Shown here: positions 1-11,989 of the stretch, in pieces | How the letters are laid out: each line of letters starts with the position of its first letter | Position numbering within the stretch: position 1 is the stretch's first letter | Assembly (NCBI GenBank): GCA_964016885.1 | Contig: OZ024742.1 | Coordinates: 288,920,001-288,984,000, forward strand | Direction: 5' to 3' | Length of the DNA stretch: 64,000 nucleotides | Source of the DNA: Eledone cirrhosa | Taxonomy: Eukaryota | Translations under genes and position numbers: made by a program | Notes under the pieces: generated by a model | Told to the model about the DNA's origin: nothing | Seen by the model: only the letters and a program-made list of their open reading frames with translations | Databases searched by the model: none

Positions 1-419
1 TGGATGTTAAATGGTGATGATGATGATGATGATACATATATATATACACATTCAGCTGTAGAAACCATGCTACAATGGAACATATGAGCAAGAAACAGTT
101 ATCTGACCTTATCAGTATGTGATAATTCATCTAACTCATACAAGCATGGAAACTAGATATAAAACGGTTCAATGAATAAAAGCATAAAAGGACGAAGAAA
201 TACGAATACCAAAATGGCAGAATGGAATTAGGCTTATGGGTCATAAGTTGCTATGGTAACTGGTGACTGTGGACATCCATCAGAATCCTAGCTGTGTTCA
301 TGTAATTAGAAGTTGCCTATCAAATGATTACATGAAAAAAATACTCCAACAACTCCCCAGTTATTCTAACAAATATATGATGAAGATGATGATGATGATA
401 AAAGTGGTGATAATGGTTT

Positions 420-615
420 CAGCAACTTTGGGGGAAGGGAAAGCCGATTTAATCGACTCCAGTGCATGACTGGTACTTTATTTTATCAACCCCGTAAGGA
501 TGAAAGGCAAAGTTAACCTCGGTGGGATTTTAACTCAGATCATAAAGGGCCGTAACTCTATGCTGCAAAGCATGGCGTCCGACCCTGTACCAATACTGCC
601 ATACCACCGCCCTAG
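420..615 (-). mobile_element. tRNA-derived SINE, MetaSINE-like family (family A)
   Basis: Reverse complement carries the central motif TTTGCCTTTCATCCTTACGGGGTYGATAAAATAAAGTACCAG, recalled as the MetaSINE domain; about 14 copies in the window. Confidence 0.75.
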
Positions 616-939
616 TTGTGATAATGAGCAGATGGAATGTGTAGAAGATCCTGTATTATGCTACCTCACATGTAGTGTCTCAGTGTTACACTCCATGTAG
701 CAGCATCTCACTCTCTCAATATCTTAGTGTCACACTCCATGTAGCAGCTTGAACAAAGAAATACCATGTGAGGAGCTCATATATAAATAAGAATATTGTT
801 CAGTCAACCATACAAAGAAGGTACATGGCCTACTGGTTAGGGTTTGGATTCCTGATAATAAGGTTGTGGGTTTAATACCTGGACTGACCAGTATAATCAC
901 ACACACATTCACTCAAATGCACTCACTCACTTTATATGT

Positions 940-1300
940 GGCAACACTCTGTAAAGTGGTTGTGTTGATGCCATGATAAAATACACCCAGTACACACTAT
1001 AAAATGGTAGTGCTGATGCTGTAATAAAATACACCTAGTATACTCTGTAAAGTGGTAGTGATGGTACCCCAATAAAATGCACCCAGTAGACACTATAAAG
1101 TGGTAGTACTGGTGTCCCAATAAACTGCACCTAGTATACTCTGTAAAGTGTATACATTAGGAAGGGCATCCAGTCATAGAAACCATGCCAGAATGAAATG
1201 TATGAGTGTGATGAGGTCATCTGACCTGTCAAGTCCCAGAATGTGACACATCATCCAAACCATGCCAGTGTGGAATATGGATGTAAAACGGTGGTGGTGA
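940..1300 (+). mobile_element. RTE-type 3' UTR remnant with ~39-bp tandem units
   Basis: Repeated CACTCTGTAAAGTGGT...CACCCAG units then TAGGAAGGGCATCCAG and AAACCATGC...TAAAACG(GTG/GAT)n, matching the RTE tail at 25960-26190. Confidence 0.65.
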
Positions 1301-1330
1301 TGGTGGTGGTGGCGGTGAAGATGATGATGG

Positions 1331-1377
<47 letters not shown>

Positions 1378-1689
1378 ATGTTGATGATGATAGTGGTGGT
1401 GGTGATTATGATGATGATGATCATCATATACATATTTTTGTTATTGGCCTTTCTGACCAGTACTTTCAAAGAAAATATATTCTCGATTATCACTAACCAC
1501 TAAATAAAGAACTTTACATGTTTGGCTGGAATCCTTAAAAATGGGGAAATGTTTTCATCTTTTGTCTTAGTAAATTAATTAATTACAAACAATATATTTC
1601 TATTTGTGTAATTAATTTTCAATCTTTAATTAACTTTCAGAGAAGAAACTGTTACAATTTGTGTTCCACAGAATTCAATAACTACATTA

Positions 1690-1825
<136 letters not shown>

Positions 1826-2299
1826 AAGTATGATATATAGCTTTTGATTAACAAAGACAAATACAGAGAAAAAAGTACACAAAGTCTTATTAGTTTCACG
1901 CCTGTGGGAAAATAAAATAAATGTATCAATGTATCGGACATTAGTCTTTCATCAAGAAAGAGCAAAGTTTTAAAAGTGAGAGATGAGGCTGGAAGGTTGA
2001 ACAAAAAGAAAGAATGGTTTATCAGGATGGGTGGGGTGGGCAGGCAAGTAAATAGTTCAGCATGTGGAGGGGGCTGTAGAAGGGGTGGTGGAGCGTTTGG
2101 GTCTACCATTGGTGCTTGTATGTGTGTGCAGAAGAGGTGCATCATTTGAGTGTGCATGTTGTTTTTATTTTTATTTGTGCGTGTGTGTAGTTTGGTCTAT
2201 GCATGTTCTGTGTCTAAATATGGCCTGTTTACTAGAAGTCAGAGGATTCCAGTTTATGATGTTGAAACTATAGCTGACAAGTGTCACAGGAGCATTTAT

Positions 2300-2765
2300 A
2301 ACAGATATTTTATTCTTTGAGTCAAGCTCAGTTTACATAAAAGCACATACCCTCCAGTAGCATTCCCTCCTGATTTTCTCATTCAAGCTGGTGTAGTGAA
2401 TACCTTTGCATTCATTGACATCTAAATACTTGTAAGTTTCTAATTGTTCCAGTTCCTTAACTAATGTATTCACATCTATTTCCACCAAGTTTGTGCTTGT
2501 CATTCTACCTTTCTTGAATGTAGCTTTTATGCATTTTTCCAATCAAAACTCCATCCCTACATCATCACTGAACACCTTAACTGTTTTCAACAGTCCTTCC
2601 AATCTGCTGTAGTTTTTGGCATATAGTTTCAAGTCATTCATATAAAACACGAGTTATGATTTTGCTATCTATTTTGTAATCATACTTTGTTTTGTTGAGC
2701 TCTAAAGTCAAAGGTATGAGTGCAATGCAAAATTTAAGAGGAGAATACGAATCATCTTGAAAAAT
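2300..2765 (-). pseudogene. Degenerate R4/Dong-type reverse transcriptase fragment
   Basis: Minus strand gives IFQDDSYSPL..CIALIPL-like, MNDLKLYAK-like and LETYKYL motifs, homologous to the 8.2-9.2 kb RT. Confidence 0.65.
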
Positions 2766-2953
2766 AATTGTTTCTACTTTTGGTACAAGGCCAACAATTA
2801 TCCCAGTGTATTACTGGTACTTTATTTTATCGACCCCATAAGGATGAAAGGCAAAGTTAACCTCGGTGGGATTTGAACTCAGACCATAAAGGGCTGTAAC
2901 TCTTTGCTGCAAAGCATGGTGTCCAACCCTCTACCGATACTGCAAATCCACCT
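2766..2953 (-). mobile_element. SINE family A copy
   Basis: Full motif set, ending AGTAGAAACAATTATT on the minus strand. Confidence 0.8.
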
Positions 2954-4249
2954 TGAAAAATAAAAGTCAATGCTGGATTTTATAGTTCCATCATTGAGTG
3001 GCAGTAATAGATTTGTATCCCATAGAGATGTGTTGTATTTCAGGAAATTTGATATTTCAGGGTAAATTTTTAGAACAACCAAAGTTTTAAAAATCCATGA
3101 GTGGGGAATGCTACCAAATACTTTTTTTATAGTTAATCTAGGCAGTACTCAAACTGCTGTGTTTGTTATGAAAGTTTTCCAGAATCACACAGTTAATGAA
3201 AAGTTGGTCTTTATAGCTGTAAGAGCCACAGCGATAACCTTGCTATTTAATAGGGAAAATATGATTTTCATCCATAAATTTGAAGGTTGTTTCAGTCAAG
3301 TGAAAATTTTGAATGATGTGGGAAGGCATGTGATAGGGTGATAATTTATTTAATATTTGTTTCTGTCGATTTTGGCAAGAGACATGTTATACCTTGTGCA
3401 AGCCAATCAGGAGTTTTCTCAGGGTTGATCATAATTTCATTATAACATTTTACCAGCATATTTTCTAAATTAGAGAAATTAATCAGAAGTTTGGCATTTT
3501 ATCAATGTCAGGAGATTTCCATGTGTTGGCTTTCTTTAGTGCCATCTCCAGTTATTCCATAGTTATGTCATGCCAAGTCAGTCTTCCTAAATTATCGAAT
3601 GTTTTTTCTATGTTCTTTATCCTTTCTGCATTCGCATTATGAGATTTTTCTGTACACCATACTGTTTTCTAAATTCAGATGTTATGAGAATTGAGGAAGG
3701 GTAAAAAAGATAGAAAATCTTGATGGGAAAAATAATAGTAACAGTGTGAGGAAGAAGAAAGAGAGAATGAATAATGTTGGAGGGAGGGGGATAGTAACAA
3801 CATGAGGCAGAAGAAAGAGAATGCCATTTACTGGTCTGTTTATAGAAGGGAATGTATTAATGCTATGAGGTAGAAGAAAGTGAAGGTTATTTGCCTGCAG
3901 TGTGTTGCTGACACAGTAAAATGCACACACATATGATATACTGAGAACTGCAGTTGTTGGTGGTGGTGGTTGTGGTAAGGTGGAGAAAGTGAAAACTAGT
4001 TCATTTTTAAAAATTAATATTTATTTTTAAAAATCGTCAATTATTTAATTCATGTGCTTTAGTGCAATTAACTGTTAAACTGAATCTTTTATAAACATTG
4101 TTTCCAGTTAGATTAGCTTATTTAATGACAATTAATAAAGCACAAGGTGAAACATTTAATAAGATAGGGATTTACAGTTTTTAGTCATGAACAATTATAT
4201 GCTACATTTTCTATGGCTAGGAAATTAACTGATGTTTTTGTTTGGGTGG

Positions 4250-4530
4250 TGGAGGCACGTGGCCTAGTTGTAAGGGTGTTGGACTTACGATCATAATGCT
4301 GTAGGTTCGGTTCCTGGGCTAGGTTGTGTGTTGTGTTCTTGAGCAAAGCACTTCATTTCATGTTGTTCCAGTATACTCAATTAAAAATGAGTACCAGCAG
4401 TAGCTGGGGGTTTAACTCTGCGATGGACTGGCATCCTGTCCAGGGTGAGTCTTGTACTCTCAGTTGCTTCATGCCACAAAACCAGAATAAACACCAGCCG
4501 GACAAGCCTCTTAGCTTGAGACAGGCTTTA
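4250..4530 (+). mobile_element. tRNA-derived SINE with CORE-like domain (family B)
   Basis: A-box TGGCCTAGTTG, B-box GGTTCGGTTCC, then GTTGTGTTCTTGAGCAAAGCACTT. Related heads near 820, 5450, 24955, 33105, 33920, 35030, 55380(-), 61385. Confidence 0.7.
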
Positions 4531-4695
4531 GACAAGACTAGACTTTTGTTAGGGTAGTTAATACTAGTAAGCAAGGGAAATTATTACATATAAGGAACTA
4601 CTATTAAATTAATGGTATAAATTATGATAATGATAATTATGGTACAATGATTCAAATGATATAATAATGAATTGACAAATATATGTCTGAATAAT

Positions 4696-5325
4696 TACTC
4701 TCAGGTCCCAAATAATAGGAGAGGTTGGAATAAGCAGGGATGTTGGAATAAGCAGGGGTGTTGGAATAAGTGGGGGTGTTGGAATAAGTGGGGGGGGGGG
4801 GGGGTGTTGGAATAAGCAGGGGTGTTGGAATAAGTGGGAGGTGTTGGAATAAGTGGGAGTGTTGAAATAAGTGGGGGTGTTGGAATAAGCAGGGGTGTTG
4901 GAATAAGTGAGGATTGGGGTTGGAAAATTAGTAACTTTTCTAGGTTGTCTCCGTTGATTTAAAAAAAACAACAGAATTAGTCATTTAGTTTACATAGTGA
5001 GACCCCAACCCATCCTATTTATTTTATAATGTATGGGATTTCTAGTAATGTACTTTTTTTGTCATGTATAATGTTTTTTAATGCCTAAAGAAAATTAATT
5101 GTCACTGTAATGCTACTACTTCAAATAAAATTTCAACAGAGACAGATTAGCAAAATTTAATAAGCGAGGGTGGGGGTGGTGGAATAAGAACGAGGGGGGG
5201 GGGGAACTGAAAAATGAATAAGCAGTGCGTGTATGTGTGTGTGTGTGGGGGGGGGGGGGGAAGTCTGATAATTAATAAGCAGTGGGGAGTGGGTGTGAGG
5301 AGCGATTATTTGAGACCCAAAAGTA
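4696..5325. mobile_element. MITE with imperfect ~20-bp TIRs, TA flanks and an internal 18-bp minisatellite
   Basis: TA-CTCTCAGGTCCCAAATAAT ... ATTATTTGAGACCCAAAAG-TA; about 10 copies of GGTGTTGGAATAAG at 4720-4910. Confidence 0.6.
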
Positions 5326-7217
5326 TTGTTTTAATTGCCAACAACTGAGCAAATACCACAAAGCCAGCTAAATATTATTGTTAACATTATTTATCCTAAT
5401 TTAACATGATATATGTGTGTGTGTGAGTGTAAGTTTGTGTGTATATATAGGTGCATGGCTGAGTGGTTAGAGAATTGAATTCACAATCGTGAGGTTGTAA
5501 TTTTGTTATGTCCTTGAGCAAGACACTTTATTTCATGCTGCTCCTTCTGTCTGGATTTGTGACCGACAGATAGTATTAGCAATTGGAAAGACCAATGGAA
5601 ACATGGTTTCCTCAGTCCAATTTGACGAGGTCCACCCCACTCATTATTCAAATGAGGCCTGGAATCTTGTTGATCGACTATCGATATATATGTCATCATC
5701 ATCATCATAATTTAACCTCTGCTTTCTCAGCTAGCATATATTTATATGTGTGTGTATGTATATGTGTAAATGTGTATATGTTTGTTTGTGTGGTGTAGGT
5801 GTATGTGTTATAGAAATTACAAGAACAAAGAATATGCGCATTATTGAAAAATAAAATAAAATTTTTTACTTCCCAATTTAAATCTGTAAACAACTTTTTC
5901 TGATCCACTGCCATGTTTTGTTTGTGAATTTGATGAATTAGAAGAAATTAACTATAAAACTTGTGAATATTTTAACATTTAGTCCAATGTTTTTCCTTTC
6001 ATTTTTTAATCTTCTTATAATTTTCTTGTTTATTCCATGTTATACATGTCATTTTATTTAAAGCCTGAGAAAAAACAATCTCAACCTACGCCTTTTCAAT
6101 AAATGTATGAAGGAATTTCAAAATGAGCTAGTTGACCATGCATCGACAATGGTGAATTTTGATTGGTTAGTTCATCATCATCATCCTCATCAACATTTCA
6201 ACATTTTTTTTCTCTGCTAGTAAGGGATTGGACAGGCTGTCACTGAACAAGTCAATGCTTAAATGCCCCTACTGACCTCAAAGATGGGTTGGCATCTGCA
6301 TCACACTTACATATGTTTCCACACTTTACAGAGTGCACTGCGTGTGTTTTGTGTATTGGGCACAAGTACTAGGGAAGTTTCCATGTCTTTGACATAACTG
6401 AAAAGTCTTCTTCATCCTTTGTTTGGCAAGTTTTCTATGGCTGGATGCTCTTCGTAACATTAACCAATTTACAACTGTACTAAGTGCATTTTATCATGGA
6501 ATTAACACAAGAGAGGTTATAAAGTTTCAACAAGCTTCTCGAATTTTTGTTTGCTTCTGGCTACTCAAATGCTGAGTGTATTTTTCTTCTTTATTTTAGC
6601 AGACAACAATTGTACCATCTACCGAATGTAACATATTTTTATTTAATATACGCATCAAATAAGATGCATGCCTTTAAAAACTTGGAAACAATTTAACATC
6701 ATACAAGTATTAAAGCTTTTTTAAAAAGCGGTGGTTTGCTCCCTCTTGCAGTTGACTAAAGAACAAATAGTTTCCAAGTGCTTTGAAGGCCTTATTCATT
6801 CAAAACATAAAATAAAATGGATTTCACAACAAAAGTGAAATCGGTGTAATATTCACTTCCAAAGAGAAACTGGTGTAATATTCACATCCAAAGAGAAACT
6901 GGCGTAATATTCTCCTCCGAAGCGAATATATTTTGGCACCTCATTTACATAGAATTAGAAGTTGGTGAAAATCAGCAAAATTCAAATATAAGCCCCCCCC
7001 CCCCCCTCCCCTCATTTTACCATCAATATTTTTGGGGTCACATATTTCTCATTTCTCAGCTTATATACAAGTATATACAGTATATCTCTTGCACGCTACA
7101 TTTAACTGATCAGATATTAAACATTTTTCGTCAAGTAGTTGCAATTTTCAGTTGAGGAAACCCTGACTATATCTAACCGGTAGCATCTAGCCTCCTCCAC
7201 TAGTTCCTGCTCCTTAC

Positions 7218-7268
7218 CTGTAAGACTTGTGATGTTCCAGCTTGCTTCAGCCATTGTAAACACTGTTC
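7218..7268 (-). CDS. Candidate 51-nt host-gene exon (EQCLQWLKQAGTSQVLQ, or start exon MAEASWNITSLT)
   Basis: Minus strand tgtttacatag|GAACAG...TTACAG|gtaagg: canonical acceptor, strong donor, length divisible by 3, open frame, non-repetitive context. Confidence 0.45.
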
Positions 7269-7496
7269 CTATGTAAACATAGTTGCTATGTTAAATATCT
7301 AAGTTACTGGCTAACTGAATAATATTTATCTTGGAGAAACAAGAAAAATTATCACAGTATTACACAACATATCAAATATAATGAACCTTCTTTGGTTTTG
7401 ACAAGAGGTAGGGTGTTTGAAGACTCTGCCCCTCATGACTCTCTCAGGAATTAGTGGCTGAAGGAGGAGGAGAAGGATAACAACAACAACAATAAT

Positions 7497-7680
7497 AATT
7501 GTTTCTACTTTTGGCACAAGGCCAGCAATTACCCAGTACATTACTGGTACTTTATTTTATCGAGCCCGTAAGGATGAAAGGCAAAGTTAACCTCAGCGGG
7601 ATTTGAACTCAGACCGTAAAGGGACGTAACTATACTGGAAAGCATGGCGTCCGACTCTCTACCGATACTGCCAATCCACC
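7497..7680 (-). mobile_element. SINE family A copy abutting the Dong stack
   Basis: Near-consensus copy ending in (ATT)n. Confidence 0.85.
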
Positions 7681-8180
7681 AAGGCATCTATGCAAAGTAA
7701 ACAATTTACCACATTCTGAGAAGTGGTATGAGCATAAGCCAGAGTTGGTGAAAGAAAACGATCACATGAAGGTGCTATGGGATTTTAGGATACAGACGGA
7801 CAAGAGATTAGAACACAATATGCCTGACCTGGTGGTTTTGGACAAGGAAAAAAGATTGTACCTGATTGTAGATGTAGCCTGCCCATTTGACACGAGCGTG
7901 CAAGAAAAGGAGGAGAAAATTAACCGATATCAGGATTTAAAGTGGGAAAAAGGATTTGAAACTGCCATGAGATCAAGGTCGTCCCGATTGTCATAGGTGC
8001 ACTAGGTACTATCTCAAAGAGTTTCCAAGATTAGTCCAGCCCCGTTTTTTTTAACACTTCAAAAGGCATGCTTGCTGGGAACATCAAGAACCCTCCGATA
8101 CGTCCTGAATGTCTGAGGCTGCAGGTAGTGGCTTGATATTCATTTCAACAAACCTTTCAGTTAAATAACATCAATGACTC
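7681..8180 (+). mobile_element. R4/Dong-type LINE 3' fragment, copy 1
   Basis: ORF 7745-7996 LWDFRIQTD..HNMPDLVV..IVDVACPFD is a restriction-like endonuclease (RLE); the 3' UTR is shared with copies 2 and 3. Confidence 0.9.
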
Positions 8181-10067
8181 TACATAAACAACTTGTTGCC
8201 GGACGAACAGAAAGGATGCCGAAAGAAGTCCTGTGGTACAAAATATCAGTTACTTATTGATAAGATGGTAATGAGGAATTGCAAGAGGAGGCACACTTGT
8301 CTTGCCATGGGATGGATAGATTACAAAAAGGCACCTCATTCTTGGATAACCAAAAGCCTAGAGATCTTCAATGTGGCAGATAACATCAGCAAAAGTATGA
8401 AGTCCTGGGAAACAGAGTTAACATCAGGCGGAGAATCCTTGGGAGGCGTGAAGATCAAGAGAGGTATCTTCCAGGGAAATAGTTTGTCCTTGCCCTGATA
8501 CCACTGTCCGTCATATTGCGAAAAGTGAGAGCAGGATACAAGTTGGGAAGAGAAGAGCTTACCATCAACCACCTCCTCTTCATGGACGATCTTAAACTCT
8601 TTGGGAAGAGTGAGGAGTTGGATGTACTTGTTGACACTGTCTGTATTTTCAGCAATGATATATGTATGGAATTTGGTGTTAATAAGTGTGGAGTCCCAGT
8701 GATGAAGAGGGGTAAATTGAGCAGAAGCAACGGAATCCAGGTGTCAATTTCCTTTATCAACTCACCAACAGGTGAGATGATAAAGGAAATTGAGACTGAA
8801 GAGGGATACAAATATGTAGGTGTTCTGGAGGCAGATGACATCAAGAACAAAAAAATGAAGGAATTGATAAGATCTGAATACATAAGGAGAGTAAGGAGCG
8901 TATTAAAGTCACATCTAAATAGTAGGAATGTCATTATTGCAGTTAATTCCCAAGCTGTGTCTATTATTAGGTACAGTGCGGGAATTCTGAGATGGAATGT
9001 TGCTGAACAAAAAGAAATGGATAGGAAGACTAGGAAGCTAATGACTATCTACAACATGTTCCACAAGAGGAGTGATGTTGATAGACTCTACTTAAAGAGA
9101 TCTGAAGGTGGAAGAGGTCTTATCAGCATAGAGGATTTGTTCAGATGGAGAAAAACAACCTGCACAAATATGTGACTCAAAATTGTACTGAAGGAGAAGA
9201 CAATAGACTAGGGAATGTCCAAGGAGGATATAACAACAAGGAGGAAGAGCAACCTTAATGAAAAATCCCTTCATACCACCTTCTTTAAGAAAACAGAATT
9301 TAGAGATCCACAGACATGGAACTGGTTAAAAAGAGGAGACCTTAAAAAAGCTACAGAAGGAATGCTAATGGCTGCGCAAGAGCAAGCCCTCAGAACGAAG
9401 TGGGTGAAACACCATATTGACAAGGAGGAGGCTAGCTCACTGTGTAGGATCTGTGGAGAGAGAGAGGAGACTGTGGCTCACATTGTATCCGAGTGTAAAC
9501 ACCTAGCCCAGACTCACTATAAAGGCTGGAGACATGATGTGATAGGCAAAGTAAACAATTTACCACATTCTGAAAAGTGGTATGAACATAAGCCAGAGTT
9601 GGTGATAGAAAACGATCAGGTGAAGGTGCTATGGGATTTTAGGATACAGATGGACAAGAAATTAGAACACAATGGACCTGACCTGGTGGTTTTGGACAAG
9701 GAAAAAAAATTGTGCCTGATTGTAGATGTAGCCTGCCCATTTGACACGAGAGTGCAAGAAAAGGAGAGGGAGAAAATTAACCGATATCAGGATTTAAAGT
9801 GGGAGTTAAAAAGGATTTGGAACTGCCATGAAATCAAGGTCATCCCGATTGTCATAGGTGCACTAGGTACTATTTCAAAGAGTTTCCAAGGATGGTTAAA
9901 GAAGATTAGTCCAGCCCCGTTTTTTGGAACATTTCAAAAGGCATGCTTGCTGGGAACAGCAAGAACCCTCCGATAAGTTCTGAATGTCTGAGGCTGCAGG
10001 TAGTGGCTTGATATTCATTACAACAAACATTCTAGTTAAATAACATCAATGACTGAGACTCAAAGAA
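8181..10067 (+). mobile_element. R4/Dong-type LINE, 5'-truncated and frameshifted, copy 2
   Basis: ORFs 8193-8498, 8516-9175 (LFMDDLKL) and 9215-9976 (CRIC..ET..HIVSEC zinc knuckle plus PD..D RLE), ending in (AAT)n. Confidence 0.92.
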
Positions 10068-10068
10068 C

Positions 10069-10125
<57 letters not shown>

Positions 10126-10177
10126 GGGAGGAATGCGGGATTGTGTCCTGAATATATGTTTTTATCCTGTTAGTAAA

Positions 10178-11709
10178 ATAAGTTGGAAATCACCAGGCCC
10201 AGATGGTGTGCAGGGGTATTGGATTAAAAATATAACATCCCCCCACCCGAAACTGACAACCATGTTCAATGACTGCTTGATGTCAGGTGAGGTACCAGAG
10301 TGGTTGACAAAAGGTACCACAGTTCTGGTAATGAAAGACCGAATCAAGGGTAATGATGTTACCAGCTATAGACCTATCACTTGTCTGTCCGTAATGTGGA
10401 AACTGTTGACAAGCATTATGTCTGAGGAAATCTACCATCACCTCCACACAAACAACTTGTTACCGGACGAACAGAAAGGATGCCGAAAGAAGTCCCGTGG
10501 TACAAAGGACCAGTTACTTATTGATAAGATGGTAATGAGGAATTGCAAGAGGAGACACACTGGTCTTGCCATGGGATGGATAGACTACAAAAAGGCATTT
10601 GACATGGTGCCTCATTCTTGGATCACCAAAAGCCTAGAGATCTTCAAGGTAGCAGATAACATCAGACAGTTGTTGGGCAAAAGTATGAAGTCCTGGAAAA
10701 CAGAGTTAACATCAGCTGGAGAATCCTTGGGAGGTGTGAAGATCAAGAGAGGTATTTTCCAGGGAGATAGTCTGTCCCCTCTGTTGTTTGTCCTTGCCCT
10801 GATGCCCCTGACCATTATACTGCGAAACGTGAGAGCAGGATACAAGTTGGGAAAGGGAGAGCTTATCATCAATCACCTCCTCTTCATGGACGATCTTAAG
10901 CTCTTCGGGAAGAGTGAAAAGGAGTTGGATGTGCTTGTTGACACTGTCTGTATTTTCAGCTATGATATATGTATGCAATTTGGTATTAGTAAGTGTGGAG
11001 TCCTTGTGATGAAGAGGGGTAAATTGAGCAGAAGCAACGGAATCCAGGTACCAACAGGTGAGATGATAAAGGTAATTGACACTGAAGAAGGATACAGGTA
11101 TTTGGGTGTTCTCTACTTAAGGAGATATGAAGGTGGAAGAGGTCTTATCAGCATAGAGGACTGTGTTCAGATGGAGAAAATCAACCTACACAAATATGTG
11201 ACTGATAGTAAGGAGCTAATGCTCAGAATTGTACTGAAGGAGAGGACAATAGACCAGGGGATGTCCAAGGAGGAAATAACAAGGAATGCTAATGGCTGCG
11301 CAAGAGCAGGCCCTCAAAATGAAGTGGTTGAAACACCATATTTACAAGGAGGAGGCTAGCCCACTGTGCAGGATCTGTGAAGAGAGAGAGGAGATGTGGC
11401 TCACATTGTATCCGAGTGTAAGCACCTAGCCCAGACTCACTATAAGGGCTGGAGACATGATGTGATGGGCAGGGTGATCCACTGGCACCTATGCAAAGTA
11501 AACAATTTACCACATTCTGAGAAGTGGTATGAGCATAAGCCAGAGTCGGTGATAGAAAACGATCAGGTGAAGGTGCTGTGGGATTTTAGGATACAGACGG
11601 ACAAGAAACCTCCGATACGTCCTGAATATCTGAGGCTGCAGGTAGTGGCTTGGTATTCATTTCAACAAACTTTCCAGTTAACTAACATCAATGACTGACA
11701 CTCAAAGAA
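10178..11709 (+). mobile_element. R4/Dong-type LINE, internally deleted, copy 3
   Basis: WKSPGPDG, YRPITCL, DYKKAFD, QGDSLSP and FMDD RT motifs; ends CTCAAAGAAC(AAT)n. Confidence 0.92.
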
Positions 11710-11710
11710 C

Positions 11711-11744
<34 letters not shown>

Positions 11745-11989
11745 CTTTCTTTATTAACCACAAGGGTTTACATAAAGTAGACATTAAGGACAGTACAGGA
11801 CAATACAGGACGGTACAAAAGGGCATTTCTGCGTGTAAAAAAACCCCAAAAAACAGAGGATGTAATAATAGAACAATGAAAAAAATTCCCCAATAGGTGG
11901 GAGACTTCCGAGGGACATTTGTGGAGAAAGCCCATTAAAAGCCACAGTGACCCTGACCACCAGAGTAAGTGCCCTCTCCCAGTTTTCCA

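Noticed and set aside
6840-6925. Three ~29-bp tandem units GGTGTAATATTCAC..
   Set aside because: Ordinary short tandem duplication, probably within a decayed DNA element
10049-10177. N-terminus MTETQRTIIII of the 436-aa ORF
   Set aside because: Read-through of the previous element's UTR and (AAT)n; the Dong copy is truncated and internally deleted
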